Shown here: piece after piece, positions 18,310-29,036 of the stretch | Layout of the letters: the number at the start of each line of letters is the position of its first letter | Numbering within the stretch: the stretch's first letter is position 1 | Assembly (NCBI GenBank): GCA_044376115.1 | Contig: JBILLK010000009.1 | Span: forward strand, 160,001-224,000 | Direction: 5' to 3' | Source of the DNA: Polyangiaceae bacterium | GTDB lineage: Bacteria > Myxococcota_A > Polyangia > Polyangiales > Polyangiaceae | Length of the DNA stretch: 64,000 nucleotides | Made by a program: the position numbers and the translations under genes | Notes under the pieces: generated by a model | The model's input: the letters and a program-made list of their open reading frames with translations, nothing else | The model's database searches: none | Told to the model about the DNA's origin: nothing

Positions 18310-19598
18310 TGGTGCGCTTACGCCATTGCGCGCTGTCAGCCTTACTGCTCATTGGCTGTGGCGACGCGGACGCAGGTTCTCAAGGTGGATCGGCCTCAGG
18401 CGGGGCGGACGCCAACGGTGGGCAGGGCGGGGAAACGAGCGTCGCCTCCGGTGGCAGTGGCGGTGCGAGCTCGAGCGGTACGGGCGGCGCTGCTGCGAGT
18501 TCCTTGGAGCAGCTGCTTCAACGTTTGCGCGCCGACTTGAGTGGCACCTTGTTGGCCGAGTCCCAAAATGGCGGTTGGCCGGTCCTGGTTGATGAAGGCT
18601 ATGTGGTGGTCTCGACCAGCGGCCAACCGCAGATCGCGGGTGGCTTTAGCTCGTGGCAGCCGCTTGCGTTGACCCCCGACCAAGGCTTTAGCTTTACCGT
18701 GATTGTGCCTGGGGATCTCACCGAGGACCGCGGCTATAAGTTCACCGACGGGATGAGCTTTGTCTCGGATGACTGGTCTCGCTCCTTTGCCTACGACGAG
18801 TTCGGTGAACTATCGCTCATTCACCCCCAAGGTGGCCGGTTTGATCGTTTCTTCGGCGTGCAGAGTTCCGAGATCGAGCCGCGAAAGGTGACCGTGCTCG
18901 TGCCTGAGCAGGCGCCATCGCACCTGCTTTACCTGCATGACGGGCAGAACCTGTTTGCGCCGTCGGCTAACTTTGGAGGTTGGCGCCTTCAGGACTCGGT
19001 ACCTGCCGGAATGATGCTGGTGGGGATTGATAACAGCCCAGCTCGCATGGATGAATACACCCATGTCGCCGACGTGCTCAGCGGCAACTCGACGGGCGGG
19101 GAAGGGGACGCCTATGTGGCATTTCTCGAGTCCGAAGTGCGGTCCCTAATCGCTAGCGTGTACGGGGAACCCGGCCGTATCGGTGTCATGGGCTCGAGCT
19201 TGGGCGGCCTCATCAGCTTGCACGCGGGCTTTCAGTTCCCAGCTAGCTATGACTTTGTTGGCTCCCTATCGGGGACGGTGGGCTGGGGCAGTTTTGGCCC
19301 GCATACGGGTGAGACGATGATTGAGCGTTACGGTGAAAGCCCCACGTTCCCATTTGTCGTCTATCTTGACTCGGGCGGAGATGGCCCTTGTGACGATGCC
19401 GACGGGGACGGCATCTTTGACGACGGGGACGGCACCGACAATTACTGTGAGAATGCGCAATTGCGCGATGCTCTGGCGATGAACGGCTACGTCTTCGGGG
19501 AGAATCTCCACCACTGGCATGAACCAGGAGCCCCCCACAACGAGGCTGCCTGGGCCGAGCGAGTATTCCGGCCGCTGCAGATTTTTGCCGCGCTTTAG
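18309..19598 (+). CDS. Lipoprotein alpha/beta-hydrolase (putative esterase) with an N-terminal CBM48-like segment
   Basis: Lipobox LLIGC, Gly/Ser linker, YLHDGQNLF, nucleophile GSSLGG, HNEAAW. ATG overlaps the lipA stop. Confidence 0.85.
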   Translation: MVRLRHCALSALLLIGCGDADAGSQGGSASGGADANGGQGGETSVASGGSGGASSSGTGGAAASSLEQLLQRLRADLSGTLLAESQNGGWPVLVDEGYVVVSTSGQPQIAGGFSSWQPLALTPDQGFSFTVIVPGDLTEDRGYKFTDGMSFVSDDWSRSFAYDEFGELSLIHPQGGRFDRFFGVQSSEIEPRKVTVLVPEQAPSHLLYLHDGQNLFAPSANFGGWRLQDSVPAGMMLVGIDNSPARMDEYTHVADVLSGNSTGGEGDAYVAFLESEVRSLIASVYGEPGRIGVMGSSLGGLISLHAGFQFPASYDFVGSLSGTVGWGSFGPHTGETMIERYGESPTFPFVVYLDSGGDGPCDDADGDGIFDDGDGTDNYCENAQLRDALAMNGYVFGENLHHWHEPGAPHNEAAWAERVFRPLQIFAAL

Positions 19599-19700
19599 CC
19601 GCACTTCATACTGCTCGCTGGGGGCTTTCAACTGCACCTCGAGCGAGTAGGCTGCGCGCCAGAGCTGCGACTAGCGCGCGGTGGCACGGAGGATTGAATC

Positions 19701-20228
19701 ATGAAGAGTGTTTGGTTTTCATTGGCGATGGTCCTTGCGATCGGTTGTGGAGATGGCGGGGGAGCGGCAGCTAGCGGCTCAGCGTCCAGCAAGCCTGCTG
19801 GGTCTGCGGCGAACTCGGCGAAGCCAGCAGCTTCCGCCGCCGCCACGGCGACCGCCGCCGCTAGCGCAGCTGCAACCGCCACCGGCTCCGCTTCGGCGGG
19901 CGAAGCTGGCGCCATCGTCAAGCTGCTGGAAGACTTGCAGACGAACGAGGCGAATTACAAGGATAAGCCAGTCAAGGTCGAGGCGCTCTACCTCAGCACG
20001 TCCAGCATGACCTCGGGCGGCAAAAAGACCTACAACATTAGCGTCACCGACAAGAAGGGCGATCTCGACAACACACTATCTTGTGAACTTGGCGAGACCG
20101 AGCCCAAGGACCTCATGCAGTACGACGCGGTGGTGATTGAGGGCAAAGGCTCCGTCTCGAATGCGCAGAAGGGCGATAAGAAGTTCAAGAGCCTGCGTCT
20201 GACCGAGTGTAAGTTTACGAAGAAGTAA
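19701..20228 (+). CDS. Lipoprotein with Ala/Ser linker and OB-fold-like domain
   Basis: Lipobox LAIGC, Y.DK.VKV, V.IEG, terminal LTEC. GGAGG SD. Confidence 0.75.
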   Translation: MKSVWFSLAMVLAIGCGDGGGAAASGSASSKPAGSAANSAKPAASAAATATAAASAAATATGSASAGEAGAIVKLLEDLQTNEANYKDKPVKVEALYLSTSSMTSGGKKTYNISVTDKKGDLDNTLSCELGETEPKDLMQYDAVVIEGKGSVSNAQKGDKKFKSLRLTECKFTKK

Positions 20229-20244
20229 GCAGGCGCTCGCAACC

Positions 20245-20949
20245 GTGATTCGCATCGAGAAGCTGAATAAGAGCTACACGCTCGGGCATCATGCGTTGCA
20301 TGTTTTGCGAGACATTGACCTGTTAGTAGAGAAGGGGGAGCTCGTAGCAATCACGGGCTCCTCCGGCTCAGGTAAGTCGACGCTACTCAATATTTTAGGC
20401 GTCCTGGACGAGTATGACTCTGGCTCCTACTTTCTTGGGGATACCCTGGTAAAGGACCTGAGTGAAACGCGCGCCGCGCAGGTGCGGAATCGTCAGATCG
20501 GGTTCGTTTTTCAGTCCTTCAACCTATTGCCGTTCAAAACGGCAGTAGAGAATGTGGCTCTGCCTCTTTTTTACCAGGGAGTATCTCGCAAGAAGCGGGA
20601 TGCTTTGGCTCACACGCTCCTCGACCGAGTTGGACTCCTTGACTGGGCCAAGCACTTGCCGTCGGAGATGTCGGGCGGCCAGAAACAGCGCGTGGCGATC
20701 GCGCGTGCGCTGATCACCAGCCCAACCGTGCTGCTCGCCGATGAACCGACGGGCGCTCTCGACTCAAAGACATCGACGGCGATCATGGATTTGCTCATGG
20801 ACGTCAACGCGGACGGTGTCACCGTGGTGATCGTGACGCATGAGGCTGCGGTAGCCGCACGGACCCGACGCGTCATACGACTCAAGGACGGTGTCATCGA
20901 GTCGGAGACCACCGGCGCTGCTCAGGGGGCCGATGGATCGGCTCACTGA
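20245..20949 (+). CDS. ABC transporter ATP-binding protein (MacB/LolD-like)
   Basis: GSSGSGKST, IGFVFQSFNL, MSGGQKQRVAIARAL, LADEPTGALD, IVTH. Confidence 0.95.
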   Translation: MIRIEKLNKSYTLGHHALHVLRDIDLLVEKGELVAITGSSGSGKSTLLNILGVLDEYDSGSYFLGDTLVKDLSETRAAQVRNRQIGFVFQSFNLLPFKTAVENVALPLFYQGVSRKKRDALAHTLLDRVGLLDWAKHLPSEMSGGQKQRVAIARALITSPTVLLADEPTGALDSKTSTAIMDLLMDVNADGVTVVIVTHEAAVAARTRRVIRLKDGVIESETTGAAQGADGSAH

Positions 20950-22159
20950 ACTCTTTGACACCTTGCGTACCGCAAAACTGCGGACAGCAGTTACAGCGCT
21001 CAGCGTGGCCTGGGGCATCTTTATGCTAGTCATCCTGCTCGGTGCAGGGCGGGGTATTCAGAACGGCGCCGAGCACGAGTTCCGCGATGACGCGACGAAC
21101 AGCCTATGGGTTTGGCGCGGAACGACCTCCATGCCCTGGCAAGGTCACAAACCCGGGCGGCGGGTACGGCTCGATAGCGACGACATCGACGCGATCCAAC
21201 GATCCGTCGAGGGGGTAGAACACATGACGGGGCGCTTCTACCTGCCTGGTGAATACACAACTTCCTTCAATGGCGTCGTCGCATCCTTCGAGGTGAGAGC
21301 CGTCCACCCAGGCCACCGCTATCTCGAGAATACCTCTATTCGCGAGGGCCGCTTTCTCAATCCGCTGGATCTGAGCGAGCGACGGAAGGTGGCGGTGATA
21401 GGCCCGGCCGTGGTGACGCGACTTTTCAAGGACGTGAACCCGCTTGGTGAGTGGCTAGAAATTGGCGGACGGATGTATCGCGTGGTCGGTGTGTTCGAGG
21501 ATGCGGGCGGCGAGGAGGAGGAGCAAAAGATCTACATACCAATCACGACGGCACAAATGGTTTATGGCGCTGAAGGCCAGGTCAACCAGATCATGTTTAC
21601 CCTCGGCGGTGGCGCGGACGTCGAGTCGAGCAAGCGAGCCATCGCTGACACCACCAAGGTGATTGCTAGTCATCACAACTTCTCGCCCAAGGACAAGCGT
21701 GCGCTGCGGGTGCGCAATACGTTGGAGGATTTTCAACGAGTGGCTGGCCTGTTTGCGAAAATCCGGACCTTCATCTGGATCGTAGGCGTGGGCACCATCA
21801 TCGCGGGCATCGTAGGCGTCAGCAACATCATGCTGATCTCGGTTCGCGAGCGAACGAAGGAGATCGGGATCCGTAAAGCGTTAGGAGCAACCCCGTGGAC
21901 CATCGTATCTCAGGTGCTGCTTGAGTCGCTGGTCGTTACTGGGGTATCGGGTTACAGCGGGCTCGTGCTCGGGTTAGCCACGTTGGAGCTGGCCAAGTGG
22001 AAGCTCCCTCCGACAGACTTTTTTCGCGACCCGCAGGCCGACCTCGGGGTTGTGGTAGGGGCTACCTTGCTGTTGGTCTTCTCAGGGCTCTTGGCGGGCT
22101 ACTTCCCTGCTAGTTTGGCTGCGAAGGTAAGTCCTTCGGTGGCGCTGCGCGCTGAATGA
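20933..22159 (+). CDS. ABC transporter permease (MacB/FtsX family)
   Basis: LRTAVT...VAWGIF, GIVGVSNIMLISVRERTKEIGIRKALGA, terminal ALRAE. Confidence 0.92.
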   Translation: MDRLTELFDTLRTAKLRTAVTALSVAWGIFMLVILLGAGRGIQNGAEHEFRDDATNSLWVWRGTTSMPWQGHKPGRRVRLDSDDIDAIQRSVEGVEHMTGRFYLPGEYTTSFNGVVASFEVRAVHPGHRYLENTSIREGRFLNPLDLSERRKVAVIGPAVVTRLFKDVNPLGEWLEIGGRMYRVVGVFEDAGGEEEEQKIYIPITTAQMVYGAEGQVNQIMFTLGGGADVESSKRAIADTTKVIASHHNFSPKDKRALRVRNTLEDFQRVAGLFAKIRTFIWIVGVGTIIAGIVGVSNIMLISVRERTKEIGIRKALGATPWTIVSQVLLESLVVTGVSGYSGLVLGLATLELAKWKLPPTDFFRDPQADLGVVVGATLLLVFSGLLAGYFPASLAAKVSPSVALRAE

Positions 22160-23424
22160 TGTTTGACCTGGACCAATGGCAAGAGATCTTCAGCACGATG
22201 CGCCGCAACTGGCTGCGCACGTTGTTGACCGCCATCGGCGTGTTTTGGGGCGTGCTGATGCTGATGGTGATGGTGGGCTTTGGCAACGGGCTCGAAACTG
22301 GAGTGAAGAAGGATATGGCTGGCATTGCCACCAATAGCTTCTACGTTTGGGGCGGCCGGACCAGCGTTCCCTTCGACGGCTTGGCTCCCGGCAAGTTTGT
22401 CGAACTCACGGTGTCTGACGCCAAACAGGTTCAAGCGCTCGTGCCCGAGATTCGTGCACTCGCCCCGCGTGCATCACTGGGCGGGCGAGGCGGAGGTGCT
22501 GCGGTCACGCACAAAGAGAAGTCGGGGAGCTTCCAAATCTCGGGGGACGTACCCGCTCTCCGGCTCGTCCAGCCGATGACCATGCTCAAAGGAAGGTTCC
22601 TGAACGAACTGGATCAGGAGCACCACCGCAAAGTGGCTGTGATTGGTGAGAACGTACTTCTGGCCTTGTTCGCCGTTGGGGAGGAGCCAATCGGTTCGAC
22701 GCTGGAGATCCGCGGCGTCGAGTTCTTGGTGATCGGAGTCTTTCGCTCGCCAGCCACGGGCGATCGCGCGGACCGGCTGGCCAATACAATCCATTTACCC
22801 TTGTCGACCTTTCAGCAGGCGCTACGTCCAAGTCCGGTCGTCAATAACTTTGCCGTACTCGTGCACGAAGGTGAAAGCGCAGAACTCGCCATGGTCAGGG
22901 TACAAGAGGAGCTTCGCCGCCTGCATCGCATCGCACCAACCGACAGCCAAGCGATCGGCACATGGAACGCCGAGAAGGAGTTTCAGAAAATCAACGGGCT
23001 CTTCGTTGGTATCCGTGCCTTGATTGGCTTTGTCGGAGCGATGACGCTCTTGGCTGGGATATTAGGCGTAAGCAACATCATGATGATTAGCGTGCGAGAG
23101 CGCACGCGCGAGATTGGTATTCGACGAGCGATTGGTGCAACCCCGTGGGCGATCTTGGCGCAGATCCTCAAGGAGTCCACTGTGCTAACCACCTTCGCGG
23201 GCGCGTTGGGCCTCATGTCTGGGGTGGGGTTGCTCGAATTGGTGGGCACGTTTCTCAATCAGGGCCCAGCCGGAGAACCCTCCCTGCTCGACCCTCCGCA
23301 CGCCCAGTTCAGCGTTGCGGCATTGGCTTCGGTGGTCATGGTTGCGGGAGGGGCCGGTGCGGGCTTGATACCGGCTTTGCAAGCTCTGCGGGTTCGGCCG
23401 GTGGTGGCGCTTCGCGATGAGTAG
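22156..23424 (+). CDS. ABC transporter permease (MacB/FtsX family)
   Basis: LRTLLTAIGVFWG, GVSNIMMISVRERTREIGIRRAIGA, terminal ALRDE. Confidence 0.92.
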   Translation: MMFDLDQWQEIFSTMRRNWLRTLLTAIGVFWGVLMLMVMVGFGNGLETGVKKDMAGIATNSFYVWGGRTSVPFDGLAPGKFVELTVSDAKQVQALVPEIRALAPRASLGGRGGGAAVTHKEKSGSFQISGDVPALRLVQPMTMLKGRFLNELDQEHHRKVAVIGENVLLALFAVGEEPIGSTLEIRGVEFLVIGVFRSPATGDRADRLANTIHLPLSTFQQALRPSPVVNNFAVLVHEGESAELAMVRVQEELRRLHRIAPTDSQAIGTWNAEKEFQKINGLFVGIRALIGFVGAMTLLAGILGVSNIMMISVRERTREIGIRRAIGATPWAILAQILKESTVLTTFAGALGLMSGVGLLELVGTFLNQGPAGEPSLLDPPHAQFSVAALASVVMVAGGAGAGLIPALQALRVRPVVALRDE

Positions 23425-24541
23425 TCTATTGCGACGACTGGGCCGGGCCATGCGCACCGGGCTCGTGACGCTTCTGGTTCTCAGCTTTCTTGGGGGCTTT
23501 GGCTATACGTTCTATTTTCTCTACCAACGAAGCAAAGGCACTCCGGTGGTGGTGAAGACCGAGAAACCTAGGCTTGCCGACATTATCAAGAAGTCCGTCG
23601 CCACCGGATCGATGGTCCCGCGTAAAGAGGTATTCATAAAGCCGCGCGTGTCGGGCATCGTAAAGAGGTTGCACGTCGTTCCCGGGGCGATCGTTCGAGA
23701 AGGGGACCTGATTGCGGAGGTCACCATCATCCCAGACATAGCCGCGTTGACTCGTGCCGAGGGCCAAGTCCGCGCTGCTGGTATCTCGCTAAAGTACGCC
23801 GAACTCGAGCTTGCTCGAAGCAAGCGACTCGCCGACGAAGGGCTGGCCTCGCAAAGCGAGGTCGCAGCACGCAAGCTGGACTACGAGATCCGCCAGGCGG
23901 AGCTAATGGCCGCGAGTGAGAGTCTCCAGGTTGCCAAAGACGGCGCGCTCGCCAAGAGCGACAAATCGAGCAACACGATGATTCGAGCAACCGTAGCTGG
24001 GACCATTCTGGACACGCCGGTGCTCGAGGGCTCAAGCGTGATTGAGAGCAATAACTTCAACGAGGGCACGACGGTCGCTGTCGTCGCCGATATGACCGAC
24101 ATGATCTTTGTCGGCAAAGTCGATGAGGCCGACGTTGGTAAGATCGCCGTAGGTATGTCTGTTTCGATTCAGATCGGAGCCATCGAGGGCCGCAAGTTCG
24201 AAGGTAAGCTCGAGTCCATCGCGGCTAAAGGCAAGCTCGTGGATGGCGCTATTCAGTTCGAAGTAAAGGCGGCGCTGGCCCCGGTGAACAACGTCGTTAT
24301 TCGGGCTGGATATAGCGCTAACGCGGGTATCGTGCTCGACCAGCGGATGGGCGCTTTGGCGGTGGATGAGAAGCTCGTCCAATTCGACGGGAAGCAAGCC
24401 TTCGTAGAGATTGCCGCAGCGGACGGCGTCTTCGAGCGTAAGGACGTGAAGTTGGGCCTGAGCGACGGGCTGGTGATCGAAGTGCTCGACGGACTGACCT
24501 TGGAGGACGTGGTCAAAGTGCCGAGCGCCAAGAGTGACTGA
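23417..24541 (+). CDS. Efflux periplasmic adaptor subunit (MacA/HlyD family)
   Basis: N-terminal TM, ATG...P..EV.IKPRVSGIV, coiled coil, VDEADVGKI, KLGLSDG..IEV. Confidence 0.92.
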   Translation: MSSLLRRLGRAMRTGLVTLLVLSFLGGFGYTFYFLYQRSKGTPVVVKTEKPRLADIIKKSVATGSMVPRKEVFIKPRVSGIVKRLHVVPGAIVREGDLIAEVTIIPDIAALTRAEGQVRAAGISLKYAELELARSKRLADEGLASQSEVAARKLDYEIRQAELMAASESLQVAKDGALAKSDKSSNTMIRATVAGTILDTPVLEGSSVIESNNFNEGTTVAVVADMTDMIFVGKVDEADVGKIAVGMSVSIQIGAIEGRKFEGKLESIAAKGKLVDGAIQFEVKAALAPVNNVVIRAGYSANAGIVLDQRMGALAVDEKLVQFDGKQAFVEIAAADGVFERKDVKLGLSDGLVIEVLDGLTLEDVVKVPSAKSD

Positions 24542-24630
24542 GCGCCCAGCGGCGCGCTATTCAGGCTGCGAAGCGGCTCGGCGGTGAACTTAAACTTCCG
24601 TTTGTTCACGTCTCGGAGTAGGGAGCGCGC

Positions 24631-25083
24631 ATGCGCACGATCGTATTGCCCCTCAGCGTTCTGATGCTCACCTTCGGCTGCAGCTCGCAGAAAGAGGTCG
24701 CGGAACCGCACGAGCACGAGCACGGTGGAGAACACGCTCATGGCGAAGAGGGCCACCATGACGGCCACGGTAAGAAGCATGATGGAGACCACGAGGGTGG
24801 CCACCACAAGATGGCGGCTGGCCCGGTTAAGGACTTCCATGACGTACTCGCGCCCGTGTTCCATATGGAAAAGGGGGCTGCCCGTGCTGACGCAGCTTGC
24901 ACCGCCGTTCCGTCGTTCAAGGAGAAGGGGGCCCCGCTAGCCACCGAGTCCAAGGAGCATGGCGCCGCGTTGGTTGCCGCCGTTGCCGAGCTCGAGAAGG
25001 TTTGCGCGAGCGACAAGGCCGCGGTCGAGGCGAAGCTCGACGTTGTTCACGAAGCTTTTCACAAGGTCATGGAGTCGCACTGA
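24631..25083 (+). CDS. His-rich lipoprotein (putative metal-binding)
   Basis: Lipobox LTFGC, HEHEHGGEHAHGEEGHHDGH...HH tract, helical domain FHDVLAPVFH ... VHEAFHKVME. Confidence 0.8.
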   Translation: MRTIVLPLSVLMLTFGCSSQKEVAEPHEHEHGGEHAHGEEGHHDGHGKKHDGDHEGGHHKMAAGPVKDFHDVLAPVFHMEKGAARADAACTAVPSFKEKGAPLATESKEHGAALVAAVAELEKVCASDKAAVEAKLDVVHEAFHKVMESH

Positions 25084-25114
25084 CCTGGTTCTTGGGGTTC
25101 TCGGGAACCAGGGC

Positions 25115-25131
25115 TGCGGCGTTTTGCCGCA
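25115..25131. promoter_or_regulatory. Palindrome resembling a RegA/PrrA/RegR binding box upstream of the act-cox operon
   Basis: TGCGGC-GTTTT-GCCGCA (GCGGC-N5-GCCGC), about 105 nt upstream of actA. A RegB-like kinase ends the operon. Confidence 0.45.
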
Positions 25132-25236
25132 CCCGCGGCGAAGTTGTGATGGTAGCGGCAGCTTGCCATCTTGCCCCGCCCACCCGTTTCACCCCAAAAC
25201 CCTCACCGCATTGATGGGAACGGAGCCTAAACAAGC

Positions 25237-25893
25237 ATGAGCCGGTTTTTCTTCCCGAAGTGGGCGAACAAGGCGCTTCCGTACACGGTCTTCCTCGGAC
25301 TTGGTCCGCTGGGAACCGCTGCGGTAGCCGGCCTTTGGTACTACGGAACGGACAAACATCTGTCAGTGGGCTACGCGCCCCAGCAGCCGATTCCGTTCAG
25401 CCACAAGCTACACGCGGGCGACATGGGGATGGACTGCCGCTACTGCCACACGACGGTTGAGCGCGCCGCCTTCGCAGCAATTCCACCTACGGAGACGTGC
25501 ATGAATTGCCACGCGGCAATCAAAGCATCGAGTCCGAAGCTGGCACCGCTACGCGAGAGCTGGGAGAAGGACACCCCGGTGGAGTGGACCAAAGTCCACA
25601 TGCTCCCCGACTACGCCTACTTCGACCACAGCGCGCATTTGAACGCAGGTGTTGGCTGTGAGAGTTGTCACGGCCGCATCGACCAGATGCCAGTCGTCAC
25701 TCAAGCCGAGCCGCTTTCGATGGGCTGGTGTCTCGAGTGTCACCGCGCACCGGAGCAGCATCTCCGCGATCCGAAGGACGTGACCAAGATGGGCATGCTC
25801 GAGGAGTCGCGAGCGACGAACAAACCCATGAACCGGCCAGCAGACATGCGCAAGCCGATCCCCCCGCAGCACTGCTCAGGGTGCCACCGATGA
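25237..25893 (+). CDS. actA: Alternative complex III pentaheme cytochrome c subunit ActA
   Basis: N-terminal TM, QPIPFSHKLHAG, five CxxCH motifs (CRYCH, CMNCH, CESCH, CLECH, CSGCH), LSMGWC. Confidence 0.93.
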   Translation: MSRFFFPKWANKALPYTVFLGLGPLGTAAVAGLWYYGTDKHLSVGYAPQQPIPFSHKLHAGDMGMDCRYCHTTVERAAFAAIPPTETCMNCHAAIKASSPKLAPLRESWEKDTPVEWTKVHMLPDYAYFDHSAHLNAGVGCESCHGRIDQMPVVTQAEPLSMGWCLECHRAPEQHLRDPKDVTKMGMLEESRATNKPMNRPADMRKPIPPQHCSGCHR

Positions 25894-28800
25894 AGCGCCT
25901 ACCTATTGTTCAGAAGAACCCTTCGGGCTCGGAAGCCGACCCGAACGAGCGGATTTGGTATCAAACCTTGGCCGAGCGTGATGGCTCGCCGGAGACGCTC
26001 GAGCGTCGCGTGACCGAGTTCGAGGGGCCTGCTCCCTTCGAGCCACCGGCCGGTGTCGACCGACGAACCTTCATGACCTTGATGGGCGCTTCGATGGCGC
26101 TCGCTGGCGCAGTGAGCGGCTGTCGTAAGCCCGTCGAGAAGCTCCTGCCTTACACCCGGCTGCCCGAAGGCACCGTGATGGGTGAGCCGGATTACTTCGC
26201 AACGGCGATTCCGTTCTACGGCACCGCGGTTGGCCTGCTGGTGAAGAGCTACGACGGCCGCCCGATCAAAATCGAAGGCAACCCCGATCACCCTGAGTCC
26301 CAAGGCGCCTCAACCGCTTGGATCCAGGCGTCGGTGCTGGACCTCTATGACCCGGACCGCAAGCGGCCCGCCCGCAATGCAGGCGCCGACAAGTCGCTTG
26401 CCGAGCGAGATGCCTTCCTCACGAAGCTCTACCAAGACGTTCGCGCGGCAAAGGGTCGTCGCGCCGTCGTGCTCTTCGAGGAGCACCGCTCGCCCGCCGT
26501 CGCTGCTCTGCTCGAGAGCTTGAAGAAGGACCTGCCCGAACTCACCGCGCTGCGATTCGAGGCGTTCGGACGCGAGCGTCAGCGGAGTGGGGCGCAGATC
26601 GCCTTCGGTGAACCGAGGGACGTTGCCTATCGCTTGGACCGCGCCGACGTGGTCGTCGCGCTCGACGCTGACATTCTTGGCACGGAGTCGAGTCCGGTTC
26701 GCAACTCGAAGGGCTTTGCCGCTCGTCGCCGACCGGAGGCCACCGAGGTCGGAACGGCGGGCACCATGAGCCGAATCTACGTCGCAGAGCCCACGCCGAC
26801 GCAAACCGGTCATGGCGCCGATCACCGGCTACGCATTCAAGCCAAGCGAGTCGGGGAGCTGTTGGTCGGGCTCGCGGTTGCACTCAAGGCCGCCGGCGTT
26901 CCCCTGGCCGACGGGCTGGTGTCCGCTGCGCCGAAGCTCTCCGACAAGGAGCAAGCCTGGGTCAAAGCCGCCGCCGCCGACTTGGCGAAGGCCAAGAAGG
27001 CAGCGCTAGTCGCGGTTGGAACGCGGCAACCGGCTGCGCTCCACGCGCTCGCGTTCGCTATCAACCATGCGCTCGGTTCGATCGGGACGACGCTCGAATT
27101 CAGCCTGATGCTCGACGTTCTGCGTGAAGGCGTCGGCGCACTGAAGGAGCTGGCGGCCGATCTCAACGCCAACAAGGTCGACACCGTCCTCATCCTGGGC
27201 GGAAACCCCGTCTTTGCAGCGCCGCCCGAGCTGGGGCTCGCCGACGCATTGAAGAAGGCCAAGGTCTCCGTTCATTTCTCGTCGCATTTCGACGAGACGA
27301 GCAGCGTCACGTCCTGGCACATCCCGCGCGCCCATTACCTCGAGTCGTGGGGCGATGCTCGCAGCGAAGACGGCACGCTTGCCATCATCCAACCGCTGAT
27401 TGCGCCTCTGCATGACGGTCTCTCCGACCTGCAGGTTTTGGAAGGTCTCGCGGGCGGAAGCCGCACTCCGCACAAGATCGTCTACGACAGCTGGAAGGCG
27501 CAAAAGACGCTGCCCGGTGTTGCAGAGTTCGACAATGAGTTCAAAGCCGCCATCCATCTCGGCGCTGTGATCCCTGCCCGGGACGCCCTGACGAAGGACG
27601 GCGCACCGCTCGCCTTGGTTGCACCGCAAATCGGGGCAGAGCTTTCCAAGTTGCCTGCAGCGGCAGGCGACTTCGAGGTCGTGTTCGCACCCGACCCGCA
27701 CGCGTATGACGGGCGTTACGCAAACAACGGCTGGCTGCTCGAGATGCCAGACCCGATCCACAAGTGCACCTGGATGACGGTGGGAGCGATCTCTCACACC
27801 ACCGCCAAGAAGCTCGGCGTGATCGACGGGGACTTCATCGACGTCACTGTCGATGGCAAGACCGTCACCGTGCCGGTGGTCCTGGCTGCTGGTAGCGCCG
27901 ATGACTCGGTCACCCTTCCCGTCGGCCTCGGACGCACTGCAGACCTCTCGGTTGGTAAGGGCGTGGGCGTCAACGTGAACGCGGTGCGAACCTCAACCGC
28001 ATGGTCGTTCGGCGCTGCCTCGGTGAAGAAGGGCAACGGCCGGCAACGTCTGGCCGTAACCCAGGGTCACTTCCTGATGGAAGGCCGCCCGCTCATTCGC
28101 ACCCAGACGGCCGCTGACTACAAGGCTGATCCGAACTGGGCGAAGGAGCTGGTCAAGACGCCGCCGCTGCTCAATCTCTGGGCGGATTGGCGTTACGACG
28201 GCCACAAGTGGGGCATGAGCATCGACCTCACGCTCTGCACCGGCTGCAGTGCATGCGTCACGGCCTGCCAGGCGGAGAACAACGTTCCGGTCATCGGCGT
28301 CGACGGTGTGCTCAAGTCGCGCGAGATGCACTGGATTCGCATCGACCGTTACTTCGCTGGCCGTCACGACGTGATCGACGGCGAGGACGAGGCGGAAGCG
28401 GCGTTCATGCCGATGCTCTGTCAGCACTGCGAGAACGCTCCCTGTGAGCAGGTCTGCCCGGTTGCTGCGACCACGCACAGTCCGGAGGGCATCAACGAGA
28501 TGACCTACAACCGGTGCATCGGCACCAAGTATTGCGGTAACAACTGCCCATACAAGGTCCGGCGCTTCAACTACTTCCACTGGAACAAGGAGATCGACGA
28601 GTACTCCAAACTGGTGAAGAACCCGGACGTTACCGTGCGCTTCCGCGGCGTGATGGAGAAGTGCACCTTCTGCGTCCAGCGGGTGAATAAGGCGAAGATC
28701 AAAGCCAAAATCACAAATGACCGTGAGAAGAACCCGCAAGGCGCCTTCGAGATCATGGCCGACGTTCAATCCGCCTGTATGCAAGCCTGTCCCACCAACG

Positions 28801-29036
28801 CGATCACCTTCGGTGACCTCAACAACCCGCAGGTGGCGCGGGCAGACGGCCGAGCATCCGTTACGCACCTCGCCAAGTTGGGCCGGGGCTACGCGATGCT
28901 CGAGGAAATCAACGTACGACCGCGCATCACCTACCTCGCGCGCATCAAGAATCCGCACCCGGATTTGGCGCCGCCACCCGCCGCCAAAGCTGACGGTGCT
29001 CACGCTGCAAGCTCTGCCTCCAAGGAGAAGCACTGA
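25890..29036 (+). CDS. actB: Alternative complex III subunit ActB (molybdopterin-oxidoreductase-like + Fe-S domain)
   Basis: Tat lipoprotein signal DRRTFM...[73 protein letters not shown] 25890 overlaps the actA stop. Confidence 0.93.
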   Translation: MKRLPIVQKNPSGSEADPNERIWYQTLAERDGSPETLERRVTEFEGPAPFEPPAGVDRRTFMTLMGASMALAGAVSGCRKPVEKLLPYTRLPEGTVMGEPDYFATAIPFYGTAVGLLVKSYDGRPIKIEGNPDHPESQGASTAWIQASVLDLYDPDRKRPARNAGADKSLAERDAFLTKLYQDVRAAKGRRAVVLFEEHRSPAVAALLESLKKDLPELTALRFEAFGRERQRSGAQIAFGEPRDVAYRLDRADVVVALDADILGTESSPVRNSKGFAARRRPEATEVGTAGTMSRIYVAEPTPTQTGHGADHRLRIQAKRVGELLVGLAVALKAAGVPLADGLVSAAPKLSDKEQAWVKAAAADLAKAKKAALVAVGTRQPAALHALAFAINHALGSIGTTLEFSLMLDVLREGVGALKELAADLNANKVDTVLILGGNPVFAAPPELGLADALKKAKVSVHFSSHFDETSSVTSWHIPRAHYLESWGDARSEDGTLAIIQPLIAPLHDGLSDLQVLEGLAGGSRTPHKIVYDSWKAQKTLPGVAEFDNEFKAAIHLGAVIPARDALTKDGAPLALVAPQIGAELSKLPAAAGDFEVVFAPDPHAYDGRYANNGWLLEMPDPIHKCTWMTVGAISHTTAKKLGVIDGDFIDVTVDGKTVTVPVVLAAGSADDSVTLPVGLGRTADLSVGKGVGVNVNAVRTSTAWSFGAASVKKGNGRQRLAVTQGHFLMEGRPLIRTQTAADYKADPNWAKELVKTPPLLNLWADWRYDGHKWGMSIDLTLCTGCSACVTACQAENNVPVIGVDGVLKSREMHWIRIDRYFAGRHDVIDGEDEAEAAFMPMLCQHCENAPCEQVCPVAATTHSPEGINEMTYNRCIGTKYCGNNCPYKVRRFNYFHWNKEIDEYSKLVKNPDVTVRFRGVMEKCTFCVQRVNKAKIKAKITNDREKNPQGAFEIMADVQSACMQACPTNAITFGDLNNPQVARADGRASVTHLAKLGRGYAMLEEINVRPRITYLARIKNPHPDLAPPPAAKADGAHAASSASKEKH

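Noticed and set aside
19682..19697. TGGCACG as a sigma-54 promoter before the OB-fold lipoprotein
   Set aside because: No GC at the -12 position, and it overlaps the SD immediately before the ATG.
25890..29036. ActB as an active molybdoenzyme
   Set aside because: In the actA-F context this subunit is established to be a cofactor-less molybdopterin-oxidoreductase-like scaffold with Fe-S clusters.
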